64,000 bases of DNA, taken from Myxococcota bacterium. GTDB lineage: Bacteria > Myxococcota_A > UBA9160 > SZUA-336. A program made the translations under genes and the position numbers. The notes under the pieces are model-generated. The model did not search any database, was not told the DNA's origin, and saw only the letters and a program-made list of their open reading frames with translations. The stretch spans positions 960,001 to 1,024,000 of the forward strand of contig CBDFGR010000003.1 in NCBI GenBank assembly GCA_965247115.1. The letters are read 5' to 3'. Positions 9,481 through 19,201 of the stretch are shown here, one piece after another. Position 1 is the stretch's first letter, and every line of letters begins with the position of its first letter.

Positions 9481-9615
9481 ATGGGTACGATCGGGCTTCT
9501 GGGTTTCGTGTTTGGCATCTTCGGGCTGATCGCGTTCGGTCAGGTCCGGGGTCTCAGGCGTGAGGTCGAGGACCTCCGCCGGCTGATCGACGATGCACCT
9601 GAGCACGAGGATTGA
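9481..9615 (+). CDS. 44-aa small single-pass membrane protein (not in ORF track)
   Basis: GGAGGA RBS; MGTIGLLGFVFGIFGLIAFGQVRGLRREVEDLRRLIDDAPEHED*; TM helix followed by a coiled segment. Confidence 0.7.
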   Translation: MGTIGLLGFVFGIFGLIAFGQVRGLRREVEDLRRLIDDAPEHED

Positions 9616-9638
9616 TCACACCGAGAGGAAGTTCGTCA

Positions 9639-9974
9639 ATGATCTATGAAATCCGCAACTATCACTACCAGCCCACTCTCATGAAGGAGTACACGGAGTG
9701 GGCGACCAAGCTAGCAGTGCCGTACTTGCGTCAGAATCTCGACGTGGTCGGCTTCTGGACAAACATCGACGAAGCCCCTCTGATCGCAGGCAAGCCGCTG
9801 GACGAGCTCGGTTCGGCGACGGTGACCTGGATCATTCGCTGGGAAGACATGGCGAAGCGAAACGAGGTCATGAGCGAGGTACTCGCGACCAGCGAGTGGC
9901 AGGAGATCATGAAGGAGAACCCAGGCCGGGAGAACTACCTCCGAACGGAGGCGAAGTTCGCCGAGGCCCTCTAA
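9639..9974 (+). CDS. NIPSNAP-family protein
   Basis: MIYEIRNY...VVGFW...WIIRWEDM; GAGG RBS. Confidence 0.8.
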   Translation: MIYEIRNYHYQPTLMKEYTEWATKLAVPYLRQNLDVVGFWTNIDEAPLIAGKPLDELGSATVTWIIRWEDMAKRNEVMSEVLATSEWQEIMKENPGRENYLRTEAKFAEAL

Positions 9975-10089
9975 GCATACATTTCAAGTCTCAATCGATA
10001 CTGTAATCGATGAACGGGCCAACCAGACCCGAAACCCGCAGAACTGCTATGATCTTCAGGTAGCCCGACACTACGGAGGTCACGGATCG

Positions 10090-10914
10090 ATGCTGCAGAA
10101 CGTCAGCGCCAGGGTCCGCTATCTGAATCCGGACTGGAGAGGTCGAACCGAGCTGGCCCGTATCTCCTCACGAGATACGCGGCGAGCCAACACCCGTTTC
10201 TATGATGTCCGCATCGAGGATGCCCGACCCTTGCAGGAAAAGGGCGAGCTCGACCTGGACACCCACGGGTTCACTCTCGTAAAGCACGCCTCAGGCATCG
10301 ACGATTTCGGCGACTCGGTCGAGGGCAGCCGGACGTACTACCCGCCGATCCAGGCCTTGATCCAGCGGCTCACGGGAGCGAGTCAGGTCGTCGTCTACCA
10401 CCACACGATCCGCACCGAGGACTCGAGCGCGTTCAACCAGGCCTACGCGCGCTTCGTTCACTGCGACTTCAGCCAGGCCCGTGCGCGGGAGACGTCGCGC
10501 AAGCTGATGGTCGAGCGCGGCCTCTGTACCGAGGCAGAGACGGAGCAGTTCGACTTTGCATGGTACAACACCTGGCAGCCGATCCATCGCGAGGTCCAGC
10601 AGAACTCGCTTACGGTGATCGACGCCAGCAGCATCAAGAGCGAAGACATAGCCGAGTACACGTTCGGAGAGTCCGACTTCCCGGACGCAACTGGCTCCAT
10701 GCCCTTCTACAGCTCGGGGCACCGCCACTACTACTTTCCGCGCATGCAGACAGATGAGGTGATCGTCCTCAAGCAGCTGGACACCCGGCCCCGGATGGCG
10801 AGCCTCTGCCCTCACACGTCCTTCGACGACCCGACGGCGCGGGCCGACGCCCTGCGGCGGCGCTCCATCGAAGCCCGGATGATGTGCGTGTTTCCCCGGA
10901 ACTCGCGCCACTGA
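10090..10914 (+). CDS. CmcJ/NvfI (AsaB-like) oxidoreductase
   Basis: LDTHGF, VHCD, WQPI, PHTSF.DP, RRSIEAR. Confidence 0.82.
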   Translation: MLQNVSARVRYLNPDWRGRTELARISSRDTRRANTRFYDVRIEDARPLQEKGELDLDTHGFTLVKHASGIDDFGDSVEGSRTYYPPIQALIQRLTGASQVVVYHHTIRTEDSSAFNQAYARFVHCDFSQARARETSRKLMVERGLCTEAETEQFDFAWYNTWQPIHREVQQNSLTVIDASSIKSEDIAEYTFGESDFPDATGSMPFYSSGHRHYYFPRMQTDEVIVLKQLDTRPRMASLCPHTSFDDPTARADALRRRSIEARMMCVFPRNSRH

Positions 10915-10956
10915 GAGCGCTCGCGGCATCGAGTCGCTGACATCTGCGTTAGCTTC

Positions 10957-11781
10957 GTGCGTGGGCTTCGTGGGGTATCGCTAGCAGTCGTCGCGTTCCT
11001 GGGAGTTGCCGCGGTGTGGGCCAACCTCGTCGACAAAATGGTCTTCCAACCCACCCCCGGGATCGATCTCCATCCCCATGAAATCGGCCTCAGCGGCGAG
11101 GAGGTCTCGCTCCGAACCGAGGACGGCGTGGCACTGCATGCGTTCTTCCTCCCCTCTCCAAACGCATCTCGTGCGCTTCTATTCCTGCACGGAAATGCCG
11201 GAAACGCATCGCACCGCCTGCCCAACGCCGCAGAGCTCGTCCGCCTGGGAGTGCACGTTCTGCTGCTGGACTACCGGGGATACGGCCTGAGTGAGGGGAC
11301 GCCGACCGAAGACGGCCTCTATGCAGACGCTCGCGCAGGTCTCGCCCACCTGGTCGACGTCCGCGGGATCCCGGAGGAGCGGATCGTTCTGTTCGGTCGG
11401 TCTCTCGGAGGTGCAGTCGCGGTTGACCTGGCCAGGGACCGTCCCCTGGCGGGGGTCATCCTCGAGAGCACCTTCTCCTCCGGGGCGGACGTCGCGCGCC
11501 AGCTGCTAGGTCCGCTCGGGCCCGTCGTGGCTCGGGGCCGCTTCGAGTCGAGCGAGAAGATCGGGCAGGTTCGCAGTCCGCTGCTCTTCTTCCATGGAGA
11601 CCGCGACGAGGTGATCCGCTTCGAGCTCGGGCGTCGGCTGTTCGACCGAGCACCAGAGCCCAAGACCTTCGAGGTCATTCCCGGCGCCGGCCACAACGAC
11701 ACCACCCAGGTTGGGGGCCACCGCTACTTCGCGAGGATCGCGCGCTTCCTCGACGTTGTCGCCGCTGACGGGGGTTCGTAG
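10957..11781 (+). CDS. Alpha/beta hydrolase (ABHD13/BEM46-like), N-terminal membrane anchor
   Basis: HGNAGN, DYRGYG, GRSLGG, HGDRDE, GAGHND. Confidence 0.92.
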   Translation: MRGLRGVSLAVVAFLGVAAVWANLVDKMVFQPTPGIDLHPHEIGLSGEEVSLRTEDGVALHAFFLPSPNASRALLFLHGNAGNASHRLPNAAELVRLGVHVLLLDYRGYGLSEGTPTEDGLYADARAGLAHLVDVRGIPEERIVLFGRSLGGAVAVDLARDRPLAGVILESTFSSGADVARQLLGPLGPVVARGRFESSEKIGQVRSPLLFFHGDRDEVIRFELGRRLFDRAPEPKTFEVIPGAGHNDTTQVGGHRYFARIARFLDVVAADGGS

Positions 11782-11790
11782 ACACAGCTC

Positions 11791-13002
11791 CTATCGTTCA
11801 CCGAATGCTTCAGAAGCGGTCCTATGCAATGGCTTCAACAGAAAGTTCATCACAGTTCGATCTCCCGTACGGATGTCCACTTGCGCGGTCATGCCCGGGA
11901 GAATTTCCAACACCTTTCCGGTGGTAGTAGTGACCGGGTTGCTCTTCGACGCGACATGGACACGATAGTAGACTTCTTCACCCTGAGGCGTCTCTTCCTT
12001 GAGGGTATCCGCGCTCACGTACAGCACTTCACCGACGATGCCACCGTAAATGGTGTAGTCATAGGGATCAAAGCGGATTGTCGCCTCTAGACCTGGGTGC
12101 ACGAGGGCAATATCGAGCGGGCTCACCTTGGCCTCTACGATGAGATCGTCACCGACGGGGATGATCTGCATCAGCTCTTCCCCCGCGCGCATGACGCCGC
12201 CAACGGTGGTGACGCGAACGTTCTTTACGATGCCGGGGACTGCCGCCTCGAACACGCTCGCTTCGAGCTGCTGCCGTCGTTGCGTTAGCACCTGTACGTT
12301 CTGCGCAATGTGATCCTCTGCTTTCGTCAATTCAATACGTGCCTCTTCGAGGAACTTGTTCCGGCGATTAATCAACTTTGCTTCGGTATCGTTGAGCGCT
12401 CGCTCAGCGCGAATGACCTCAGAGCGATTCACGTCCCCGGATTGGGATAGCCCTCTCACCAATTCCGCTTCTTCCTGCGCCAGCCCAACCGCTTTCTGCA
12501 GCGTCCTCAGCTCTTCCTTCAGACCGATGCGTCTTTGCAGGAAAAGGGCCTGCTCCACTCGCACCAGCTCCGGGAAGCGCAGCACATCGTCCGGGAAGAG
12601 CAGACTCCCCGCTTCCGTTACTTCGGCGCGCAAGCGCGTCGCCTTGGCTCGCAGCGCAGATACCCGTGCGTCAATCTCATTCACGGCGGCGCCCACGCGA
12701 GTATTGTCCAAGAGTGCGAGCACCTGGCCTCTTTCGACCCGATCGCCCTCTTTTACGTTCAATGTTGCCAAGACGCCGCCATCCACAGCCTGGATAATCT
12801 GGACGCGGCTACTCGCGATCACCTCTCCCGCTGCGCGTGCCACCTGATCGACACGAAAAATCGACGCCCAGACGACGAACGCCACCATTCCCAGAAGCAG
12901 TAGCGAGAGAACTGGGGAATAGTTGCGCCGATGGAAGTTCTCCAGGCGGGAAACCGTATCCTCGTCCTCTTCCCCGTGCGCAACGAAGCTGAGGTCAAAC
13001 AA
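11791..13002 (-). CDS. HlyD-family type I secretion membrane fusion protein
   Basis: TM helix, IQAVDGG...VKEGD.V..GQ, ILPGMTAQVDIRTG.RTV..FLLKP. Start re-assigned to TTG 13002 (GGAG 9 nt upstream), overlapping the ABC stop. Confidence 0.93.
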   Translation of the reverse strand: MFDLSFVAHGEEDEDTVSRLENFHRRNYSPVLSLLLLGMVAFVVWASIFRVDQVARAAGEVIASSRVQIIQAVDGGVLATLNVKEGDRVERGQVLALLDNTRVGAAVNEIDARVSALRAKATRLRAEVTEAGSLLFPDDVLRFPELVRVEQALFLQRRIGLKEELRTLQKAVGLAQEEAELVRGLSQSGDVNRSEVIRAERALNDTEAKLINRRNKFLEEARIELTKAEDHIAQNVQVLTQRRQQLEASVFEAAVPGIVKNVRVTTVGGVMRAGEELMQIIPVGDDLIVEAKVSPLDIALVHPGLEATIRFDPYDYTIYGGIVGEVLYVSADTLKEETPQGEEVYYRVHVASKSNPVTTTTGKVLEILPGMTAQVDIRTGDRTVMNFLLKPLHRTASEAFGER

Positions 13003-15196
13003 GATGGTTGGCTCCTCCGGGCTGAAAACCAGCAGGAATTCGCGATCGCGCCGCTCTCCCCTTGCCACCTGCCCGTCTGCCTCGACCGCGCATCACCTTG
13101 GGAATCAGCTTTTCGGGCGATCCCTCCGCCGCCACCTCACCCTGACGAATCACAACAACGCGGTTGGCCAGCTCTGCGGCCAAGGCGGGACGATGAGTCG
13201 CGACCACCAGAATGTCGTCGGCTTTGACGCGGGTCTGAATTGCCTGAACGACCTGTCTCTCGCTATCTGCGTCGAGTGAAGCGGTCGGTTCATCCAAGAG
13301 CCAGATTTTCGGCCGCGCCACAAGAACCCGCCCCAGCCCCACGAGCTGGCGCTGCCCACCCGATAGACCCTCCCCGCCTTCGCTGATCTCCAGCTCCATC
13401 CCGAGCGGGCTCTCAGCTGCGATTCGATCAAGTCCGAGCTCCCGTGATACCTCGAGCAACGTCGAATCACTGACAGCCCCCGACAACGTCAGATTGCTCC
13501 GCAAGGTGCCCTTAAACAGATGCACGCTCTGCGGTAGATAACCAATATGCTCAGCCACAAGATCCGGATCCATCTCCCACAGGTCCGCAATTCCGAGACG
13601 GATGCGGCCCTCGCTCGGGCGATAGAGACCGGCGAGCACCTTCAGGAGTGTCGATTTACCGGAACCCACCGGCCCAAGGAGCGCAACGCGATCGCCTGCC
13701 TGAAAACTCAGCAAAGAGATGTTTATCTGCCGGATAGGCGAGCCTGGATACGAGAAGCGAACCGCCTCCACCTCGACGCAATCGGGCGTCTGATCTGGCA
13801 TCAGGAGGGTTTGCTCGGGGCTTCGCTCGGTCTCCAACATCAGCAGCTCGTTGACCATTTGGAGGGCTTGGGAGACGTTCTGCCACTGGGAAAGGTACTG
13901 GATGCTGTGCGATACAGGCGCGATCACGCGCCCGCCCAGAATGCTACAAGCAATCAGGGCACCCATTGTGAGGTTGCCCGCTTCAATCTGCCCGACACCC
14001 ACGACGAGGGCACTCACATAAGCCATCGTAGCGAGGCTGCTTGTCGTCACAGCAGTCCGGCTGCTGATGGCTTTCTGTTGGATGTGATAGCCACCGATCG
14101 CTGCCGTGATTTCCTTCCACTGCTCAGAAAAGCGCCAAGTGGCGTTGTTGGCACGAACAGATTCGGCACCCTGTATGGCATCTACCAGGAGCCCTTGACG
14201 CTCGTTGGCACGCATCATTTGTTGCCTCATCAAACGACGCAAACGCTTCTGAGTGATCCACCCCAAGGTCACCGCAACGGGTAACAAGAGCAGATAAACC
14301 CACGCGATGTGTCCACCGACAATGGCGATAAAGCCAATGAACATGAGCGCGAAGGGCAGATCGACCAGCGCGAAGATGACAGCAGAAGTAAAGAACTGCC
14401 TGACGGAATCCAGGCCTCCCACTTGCGCGGCGAGAGTTCCCAGGCTGCGCGGTCGCGTATCTAGCTGCAAGTGCATCACGTGGTCGAACACCTGTTGGGA
14501 TACCGCCTTGTCTACCTCACAAGAGACACTGTCCAACGTTCTCGCTCGCACGGTCTTCAACAACCAGTCAATAGAGAGAACGATTCCCAAGCCTGCCACG
14601 AGGGTCCACAGCGTAGCGTAGGCGAGCGTCGGGACGACCCGATCATAGACCTGCATGGCAAACACAGAGGTCGAGACGGCAAGCACGTTCACGATCACAG
14701 TGGCAATGAGAACTTCTCGCAGCCAGCGGCGAGTCTTGAACACTTCGCCAAGTACCAGGCGCGCTGCCCTATTACCCTTGAATGAAGAAGCTGGAGTTCG
14801 CTGGCAATTCGGTTCCGTACGGAGCCACAACACAGTCCCCTCGCTCAGGCTCTCCTCGGTGCAGTCGCAGGCACCGCCTAGCTCATCGGTCAGTTTGAGC
14901 GTGGTACCCTCACCTCGTTCAACCAAGTGCCACCGCTGGTCGCGAAATAGCATCGCGGGCAATCTGCGCTGGTCGAATCGAGTCCAGCTCAGCTGTGCAC
15001 TTCGAACGCCCTTCAGCGCCAGGGCACGGAAGATCAACCGAATGCGCTCCGCCGGCTGCGCTTCCGCAATGTTCGTCTGCGCTTTCTCGCAAGCATGTAC
15101 CACAGCCCCCGCTTGTACGGGCACCTCGAGACGATCCAACAACCACTTCACAACATTCCCAGGCAAGGGCTCGTGCAAAAGAGCGTTGGGGGTCAT
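12995..15196 (-). CDS. Type I secretion ABC permease/ATPase (LapB/LssB-like)
   Basis: FAMQVYDRVVP, Walker A GPVGSGKST, LSGGQRQ, WLLDEPT. Confidence 0.95.
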   Translation of the reverse strand: MTPNALLHEPLPGNVVKWLLDRLEVPVQAGAVVHACEKAQTNIAEAQPAERIRLIFRALALKGVRSAQLSWTRFDQRRLPAMLFRDQRWHLVERGEGTTLKLTDELGGACDCTEESLSEGTVLWLRTEPNCQRTPASSFKGNRAARLVLGEVFKTRRWLREVLIATVIVNVLAVSTSVFAMQVYDRVVPTLAYATLWTLVAGLGIVLSIDWLLKTVRARTLDSVSCEVDKAVSQQVFDHVMHLQLDTRPRSLGTLAAQVGGLDSVRQFFTSAVIFALVDLPFALMFIGFIAIVGGHIAWVYLLLLPVAVTLGWITQKRLRRLMRQQMMRANERQGLLVDAIQGAESVRANNATWRFSEQWKEITAAIGGYHIQQKAISSRTAVTTSSLATMAYVSALVVGVGQIEAGNLTMGALIACSILGGRVIAPVSHSIQYLSQWQNVSQALQMVNELLMLETERSPEQTLLMPDQTPDCVEVEAVRFSYPGSPIRQINISLLSFQAGDRVALLGPVGSGKSTLLKVLAGLYRPSEGRIRLGIADLWEMDPDLVAEHIGYLPQSVHLFKGTLRSNLTLSGAVSDSTLLEVSRELGLDRIAAESPLGMELEISEGGEGLSGGQRQLVGLGRVLVARPKIWLLDEPTASLDADSERQVVQAIQTRVKADDILVVATHRPALAAELANRVVVIRQGEVAAEGSPEKLIPKVMRGRGRRAGGKGRAARSRIPAGFQPGGANHLV

Positions 15197-16500
15197 AGAG
15201 ATTCGATCCCCGCCAATTCATCCAGACCGCCGGTCACCGCCGCGACACGCAAGGATAGAACCAGCCAATCGCTTCGTATCTGTGCCAACTGGAGGCCAAG
15301 ATCCGCGAGTTCGCGCTGGATGTTCAGCACCTCAAGCCATGACTTGCGACCGGTTTCGTACTGGCGTAGGAACGATGCCATAGTCGCTTCGACAGACTCC
15401 AATGCCTCGCCCTGAAACTGCTCCAACTGAATCTGCACCTGCCGATTGAGCATGAGCGTACTGACTCGTCGCCGTACATCATTTCGCGCCGAGTCGATCT
15501 CATGCTCAGCGGCATACAGACGCGCGATTGCGCCCTTTACCCGGCCACGCGAGACCAGACCAAGGCCCTGCACACTGCCTTCAATCACCAAGCCGACGCG
15601 GGCATCGTCGATACCATTTCGGTTGACCCGAAAGTCCCGCTCCGCGCGGATCGAGAGGGTGGGCAGGGAAGCGATCTCCTCCTTCTTGATGTCAAGCCGA
15701 ACAACTTCCAGCGCCATGCGTTTGTTTCGCACGGCTGCACTGCTGACTAGTGCGAGTGCCTCGACCTCCGGCGCAGACGGCAGTTCCGCGTGAACTGGGT
15801 CGATCGCACGATCCGTGTCGACTCGGATCTGCGTCAATGCTTGCAACTCTGCAAGCGTGATCTGCAATTCGCCCTCGATTCTCTCCTCACGTACACGCGC
15901 CTGAATCAGACGCGAGTGGGCCAGCCGAACATCGGCCTCAGATGCCAACTTCCCTTGATGACGACGTTTGATCCGTTGATAGAGCCGGGCATGCTGGGCG
16001 GTGTTGGCATCAGCCACCTCCGCGCGCTGCCGGATGCCGGCAACCTTGGAATAGGCAGCTGCGGTATCCTCGATGAGCGTGCGCTCTACTTGCCTCAACG
16101 CCCATACTTCAGCGTCAAAGTCCGCCTGCGCCTGCTTGATGGCAGTGTTGATCTTTCCGAAGGTCCATAGAGGCTGACTCAGCAGGATGGTGCCCTGGTC
16201 AACGTCATCATCTTGCCTGTTCGCGCGTCCGGACAGCGTTGGGAACCGTCCCGCTCTGGCGGTCCCGATGGCGTGCCCCTTTGCATCCACCTCGGCACGC
16301 TTGGCCTTCACCGCCGGGTGGTGGGTCACAGCGGCCTGCAAGGCGGCTGCCAACCCCGCCGGAGCCTCTCCTCCGGGGTTGGCGATCGCGATGCCACCCG
16401 CGGATAGCGCGGCGGAGAAGAAGCCCAGGAACAGGGGCGCCATTGCCATAAGGTTGCGCACTCTGCTCACTGTCCCCTCGGGGTTAGGTTGGAGAGGCAT
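15193..16500 (-). CDS. TolC-family outer membrane channel (LapE/AggA-like)
   Basis: AVTHHPAV, QPLWTFG, RQYETGRKSWLEVLN; operonic with ABC and HlyD genes. Confidence 0.9.
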   Translation of the reverse strand: MPLQPNPEGTVSRVRNLMAMAPLFLGFFSAALSAGGIAIANPGGEAPAGLAAALQAAVTHHPAVKAKRAEVDAKGHAIGTARAGRFPTLSGRANRQDDDVDQGTILLSQPLWTFGKINTAIKQAQADFDAEVWALRQVERTLIEDTAAAYSKVAGIRQRAEVADANTAQHARLYQRIKRRHQGKLASEADVRLAHSRLIQARVREERIEGELQITLAELQALTQIRVDTDRAIDPVHAELPSAPEVEALALVSSAAVRNKRMALEVVRLDIKKEEIASLPTLSIRAERDFRVNRNGIDDARVGLVIEGSVQGLGLVSRGRVKGAIARLYAAEHEIDSARNDVRRRVSTLMLNRQVQIQLEQFQGEALESVEATMASFLRQYETGRKSWLEVLNIQRELADLGLQLAQIRSDWLVLSLRVAAVTGGLDELAGIESL

Positions 16501-19147
16501 GTTCTTGCCCTAACAAAGGACCCTCGTCCGCCGCCCGAGCCTGACCGCGCCTTCGATGGCGGGGCTCGAGCTTTGCTGCCGTGTCGTGATCTCCAACCAC
16601 TCGATAGGCCTCCGCCAGACTCCGCCTCCACTCTTTGCGAAACGGCGCTTTGTTTACGGCTCTTTCAATCTTTTCAATCCCATCCAGCGCGTGACCTTTG
16701 CGCAGGTACACCAACCCCACGAGATAGTTGCATGCGGCATGATCCGGATTGTGGTGAAGCATCTTCTTCAGACTGAGTTCCGCTCCATCAAGATCATCTT
16801 GCCGATAGAGTTCGACACCCTTGCTCAATAGGCCGGGCTCACGGAGAGTCAGCATCTCGCATTCATCCGGACAGATTTTTGCGTTGGTGCCCTCAATCAA
16901 GGGCCGTAGCTGTTCCTTGTAGTGCACCCATCTGGCCTTGGAGCTTCGATAGATCGGTTGACGCACTTGCCAGACACTGGCGGTCTTCACGGTTCGGTCC
17001 AGCTCGTTGAACTTGAGCACCTGGGGCTCCCAACCCACGCCGATGTAGTCAAGCATTCGGCGCGCGCTGCCTTCGAGGTCGTCCACGACATCCTCGTAGT
17101 TCACCTCGAGAATTTCTCCCGGAAACACTTGGTGCCAGTGGTGCATGAGGAGGTTGTGATCTGCGAGTTGCTCACCAATGGCGGTGAGATCGTACGCAAA
17201 CCCCATCCCCGAGTGCTTCGCCTGATAGTCCATGAAGTAGTTCGAGATCGCGACATCCCTCGGATCGCGGCGTACCGAAATGATCTTGGCATTGGGAAAG
17301 AGAAACTTGATCAGACCGATGTTCTCGAAGTTGTGCGGCAGCTTGTCGATAACGTGCTTCGCATCGGGCGCGTACTCCCGTAGCTCCTTCAGGACGTTCT
17401 CCGCGATGCCGGCAGAGACATAGGGCGTCACGTCATCGACGCAGTCGGGATAGCCTCGCCCAGAGCCCACATGGCGCTCCCAGCGATTCAAACCCTGCAC
17501 AACCTGGGGAATCAACCCAAGCTCCCCGGCTCCGAAGATATGACTATGCCCCGAGATGATTTGCTCGACCAGGGTTGTGCCCGAACGGGGCATCCCCAGC
17601 ACGTACACGGGCAAGATGGAACTTACGCCGCAATCTCGACGATGTTCATATAGGGCGCTGCAGAAGCCCATCCGAATGCGAGCACAGCGATTCCGGTGCG
17701 CTTCGCGATCGTACGTCAACCGCTTCCTGCTGGCCTCGTTCGCCTGAGTGGCGAACTCAAATGCCTTGTCGTAGACCCTGCGCTTCTCCCACGCGGCCGC
17801 TAGCTGAAAGAGGATCCCTGTTCGCACAGGGCCTTCCAGACTCGGCACCTGGGCCGCCTGCTCCATCCGCTCCAGCGTCTCAATGTCTTCTGGAAAGCGA
17901 CGCGCATTGATCAGTGCACTATGCCCTCGAACCGGGTCGATCCGTTTGATTCGGTCGAATATCTCGAGGGCTGCGTCGATGTTGCCCCGCTGCATATGGA
18001 GCTGCCCCAAGCCCTGCAGGGCGGGAAGAAACTGGCCACGCTCAGACAGAATGTCGCGAAATCGCTGTTCCGCCTCGGCAAACTTCTGCTCGTGACACTC
18101 AACGCGCGCCAGCGCATTGCGGGCTTGGGCTCGCTTCAGTCCGATCGCCGAGATGGGCTGATCTTCATCTGCTTCCAACGCCTCGGCAAGCTCAACTGCT
18201 CTCTCTGCCGCGCGCCGGGCTTTCTTGTCAAACCGGTGCAAGCAGGCCGTAGAGAGCCGAACCCAAAGACCGATGTTGCCTTCATCCTGCCTCAGGGCCC
18301 TTCGAAGAAGACTGGCGGCCTGCATGAAACGTCCCTGCACCTGCGCAAGTTCGGCTAGTTGCATATGCAAGGAGACGTTCTGGGGAAACTGTCTCAGATA
18401 CTCTCTCAAGATGTCTTCGGCTTGGTGCTGCAAGTTTCGTTCTGCAAGGAGTCGGCTGTAGCGCTCCAAGCACATGACAAAATCCCGTTCCTCGAGGTGG
18501 CCCTCTTTGTGCTCTAGCGCTAGATCTTCCAGTCGCTGCTCAGCGCTAGCGAAGTCGTCTACAGCGACCCAGAGCTGAAACTGCATACCATTGAGCTGAT
18601 GCCAGTACTGCTGGTAAAGCTCCGTGGGCAACTCGTCGAGACTCTGCGACAGCGCCTCCCGTCCCTTCTCTAGCGCCACTTGCGCGAGAGGAAGCTGGGT
18701 CTGCAGCAGATGAACCTGAGCCAGGACGACGAGAACGGGGAGCCTCTCGGGCTCGATATCGGCAGCCTGTTGAAGCAGTACTTGCGCGGAAGCAAGGTCC
18801 ATTTGCAGCATTCGACAATAGCCCAGGCGCGCCAGGCCCAGGGCATAGTTCGGCTCCTCGACCAGCGCTTGCTCGAGCAGCGGAATCGCCTCGTTGACTC
18901 GCTGCAAGACGACCAACGCGGCAGCCGCATCCACCCGCGCGTACCCGTCAAGTTCGCGTGAACTGCCAAACGCCCGCACGAGGATCTCGTTGGCGCGCTG
19001 TCTTTCACCCAGATGCGCATGGGCTTGGGCGAGGAGCGGAAGTATGGCGAGGTCTTGACTCTGAGCCCAGCAGCTCGTGCCGGCCTCGATTAGGTCGAGA
19101 TACTGCTGCCGTTCAGCAAGTTTTCTCAACACGCTCAGGGTACTCAT
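16484..19147 (-). CDS. TPR-repeat sulfotransferase
   Basis: About 500 aa of TPR-like helices, then GMPRSGTTL (5'-PSB), DKLPHNF, RRDPRDVAIS (3'-PB), TASVWQVRQPIY, and further C-terminal TPRs. Confidence 0.93.
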   Translation of the reverse strand: MSTLSVLRKLAERQQYLDLIEAGTSCWAQSQDLAILPLLAQAHAHLGERQRANEILVRAFGSSRELDGYARVDAAAALVVLQRVNEAIPLLEQALVEEPNYALGLARLGYCRMLQMDLASAQVLLQQAADIEPERLPVLVVLAQVHLLQTQLPLAQVALEKGREALSQSLDELPTELYQQYWHQLNGMQFQLWVAVDDFASAEQRLEDLALEHKEGHLEERDFVMCLERYSRLLAERNLQHQAEDILREYLRQFPQNVSLHMQLAELAQVQGRFMQAASLLRRALRQDEGNIGLWVRLSTACLHRFDKKARRAAERAVELAEALEADEDQPISAIGLKRAQARNALARVECHEQKFAEAEQRFRDILSERGQFLPALQGLGQLHMQRGNIDAALEIFDRIKRIDPVRGHSALINARRFPEDIETLERMEQAAQVPSLEGPVRTGILFQLAAAWEKRRVYDKAFEFATQANEASRKRLTYDREAHRNRCARIRMGFCSALYEHRRDCGVSSILPVYVLGMPRSGTTLVEQIISGHSHIFGAGELGLIPQVVQGLNRWERHVGSGRGYPDCVDDVTPYVSAGIAENVLKELREYAPDAKHVIDKLPHNFENIGLIKFLFPNAKIISVRRDPRDVAISNYFMDYQAKHSGMGFAYDLTAIGEQLADHNLLMHHWHQVFPGEILEVNYEDVVDDLEGSARRMLDYIGVGWEPQVLKFNELDRTVKTASVWQVRQPIYRSSKARWVHYKEQLRPLIEGTNAKICPDECEMLTLREPGLLSKGVELYRQDDLDGAELSLKKMLHHNPDHAACNYLVGLVYLRKGHALDGIEKIERAVNKAPFRKEWRRSLAEAYRVVGDHDTAAKLEPRHRRRGQARAADEGPLLGQEHASPT

Positions 19148-19201
19148 GCTGCTCTTTCTCGCGGGGGCTTAGGCGACCTCTGAGAGATCGAACGGCAAGC
19201 T

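Noticed and set aside
9994..10011. ATCGAT-ACTGTA-ATCGAT imperfect palindrome
   Set aside because: Single occurrence with no adjacent regulator; insufficient to call an operator.
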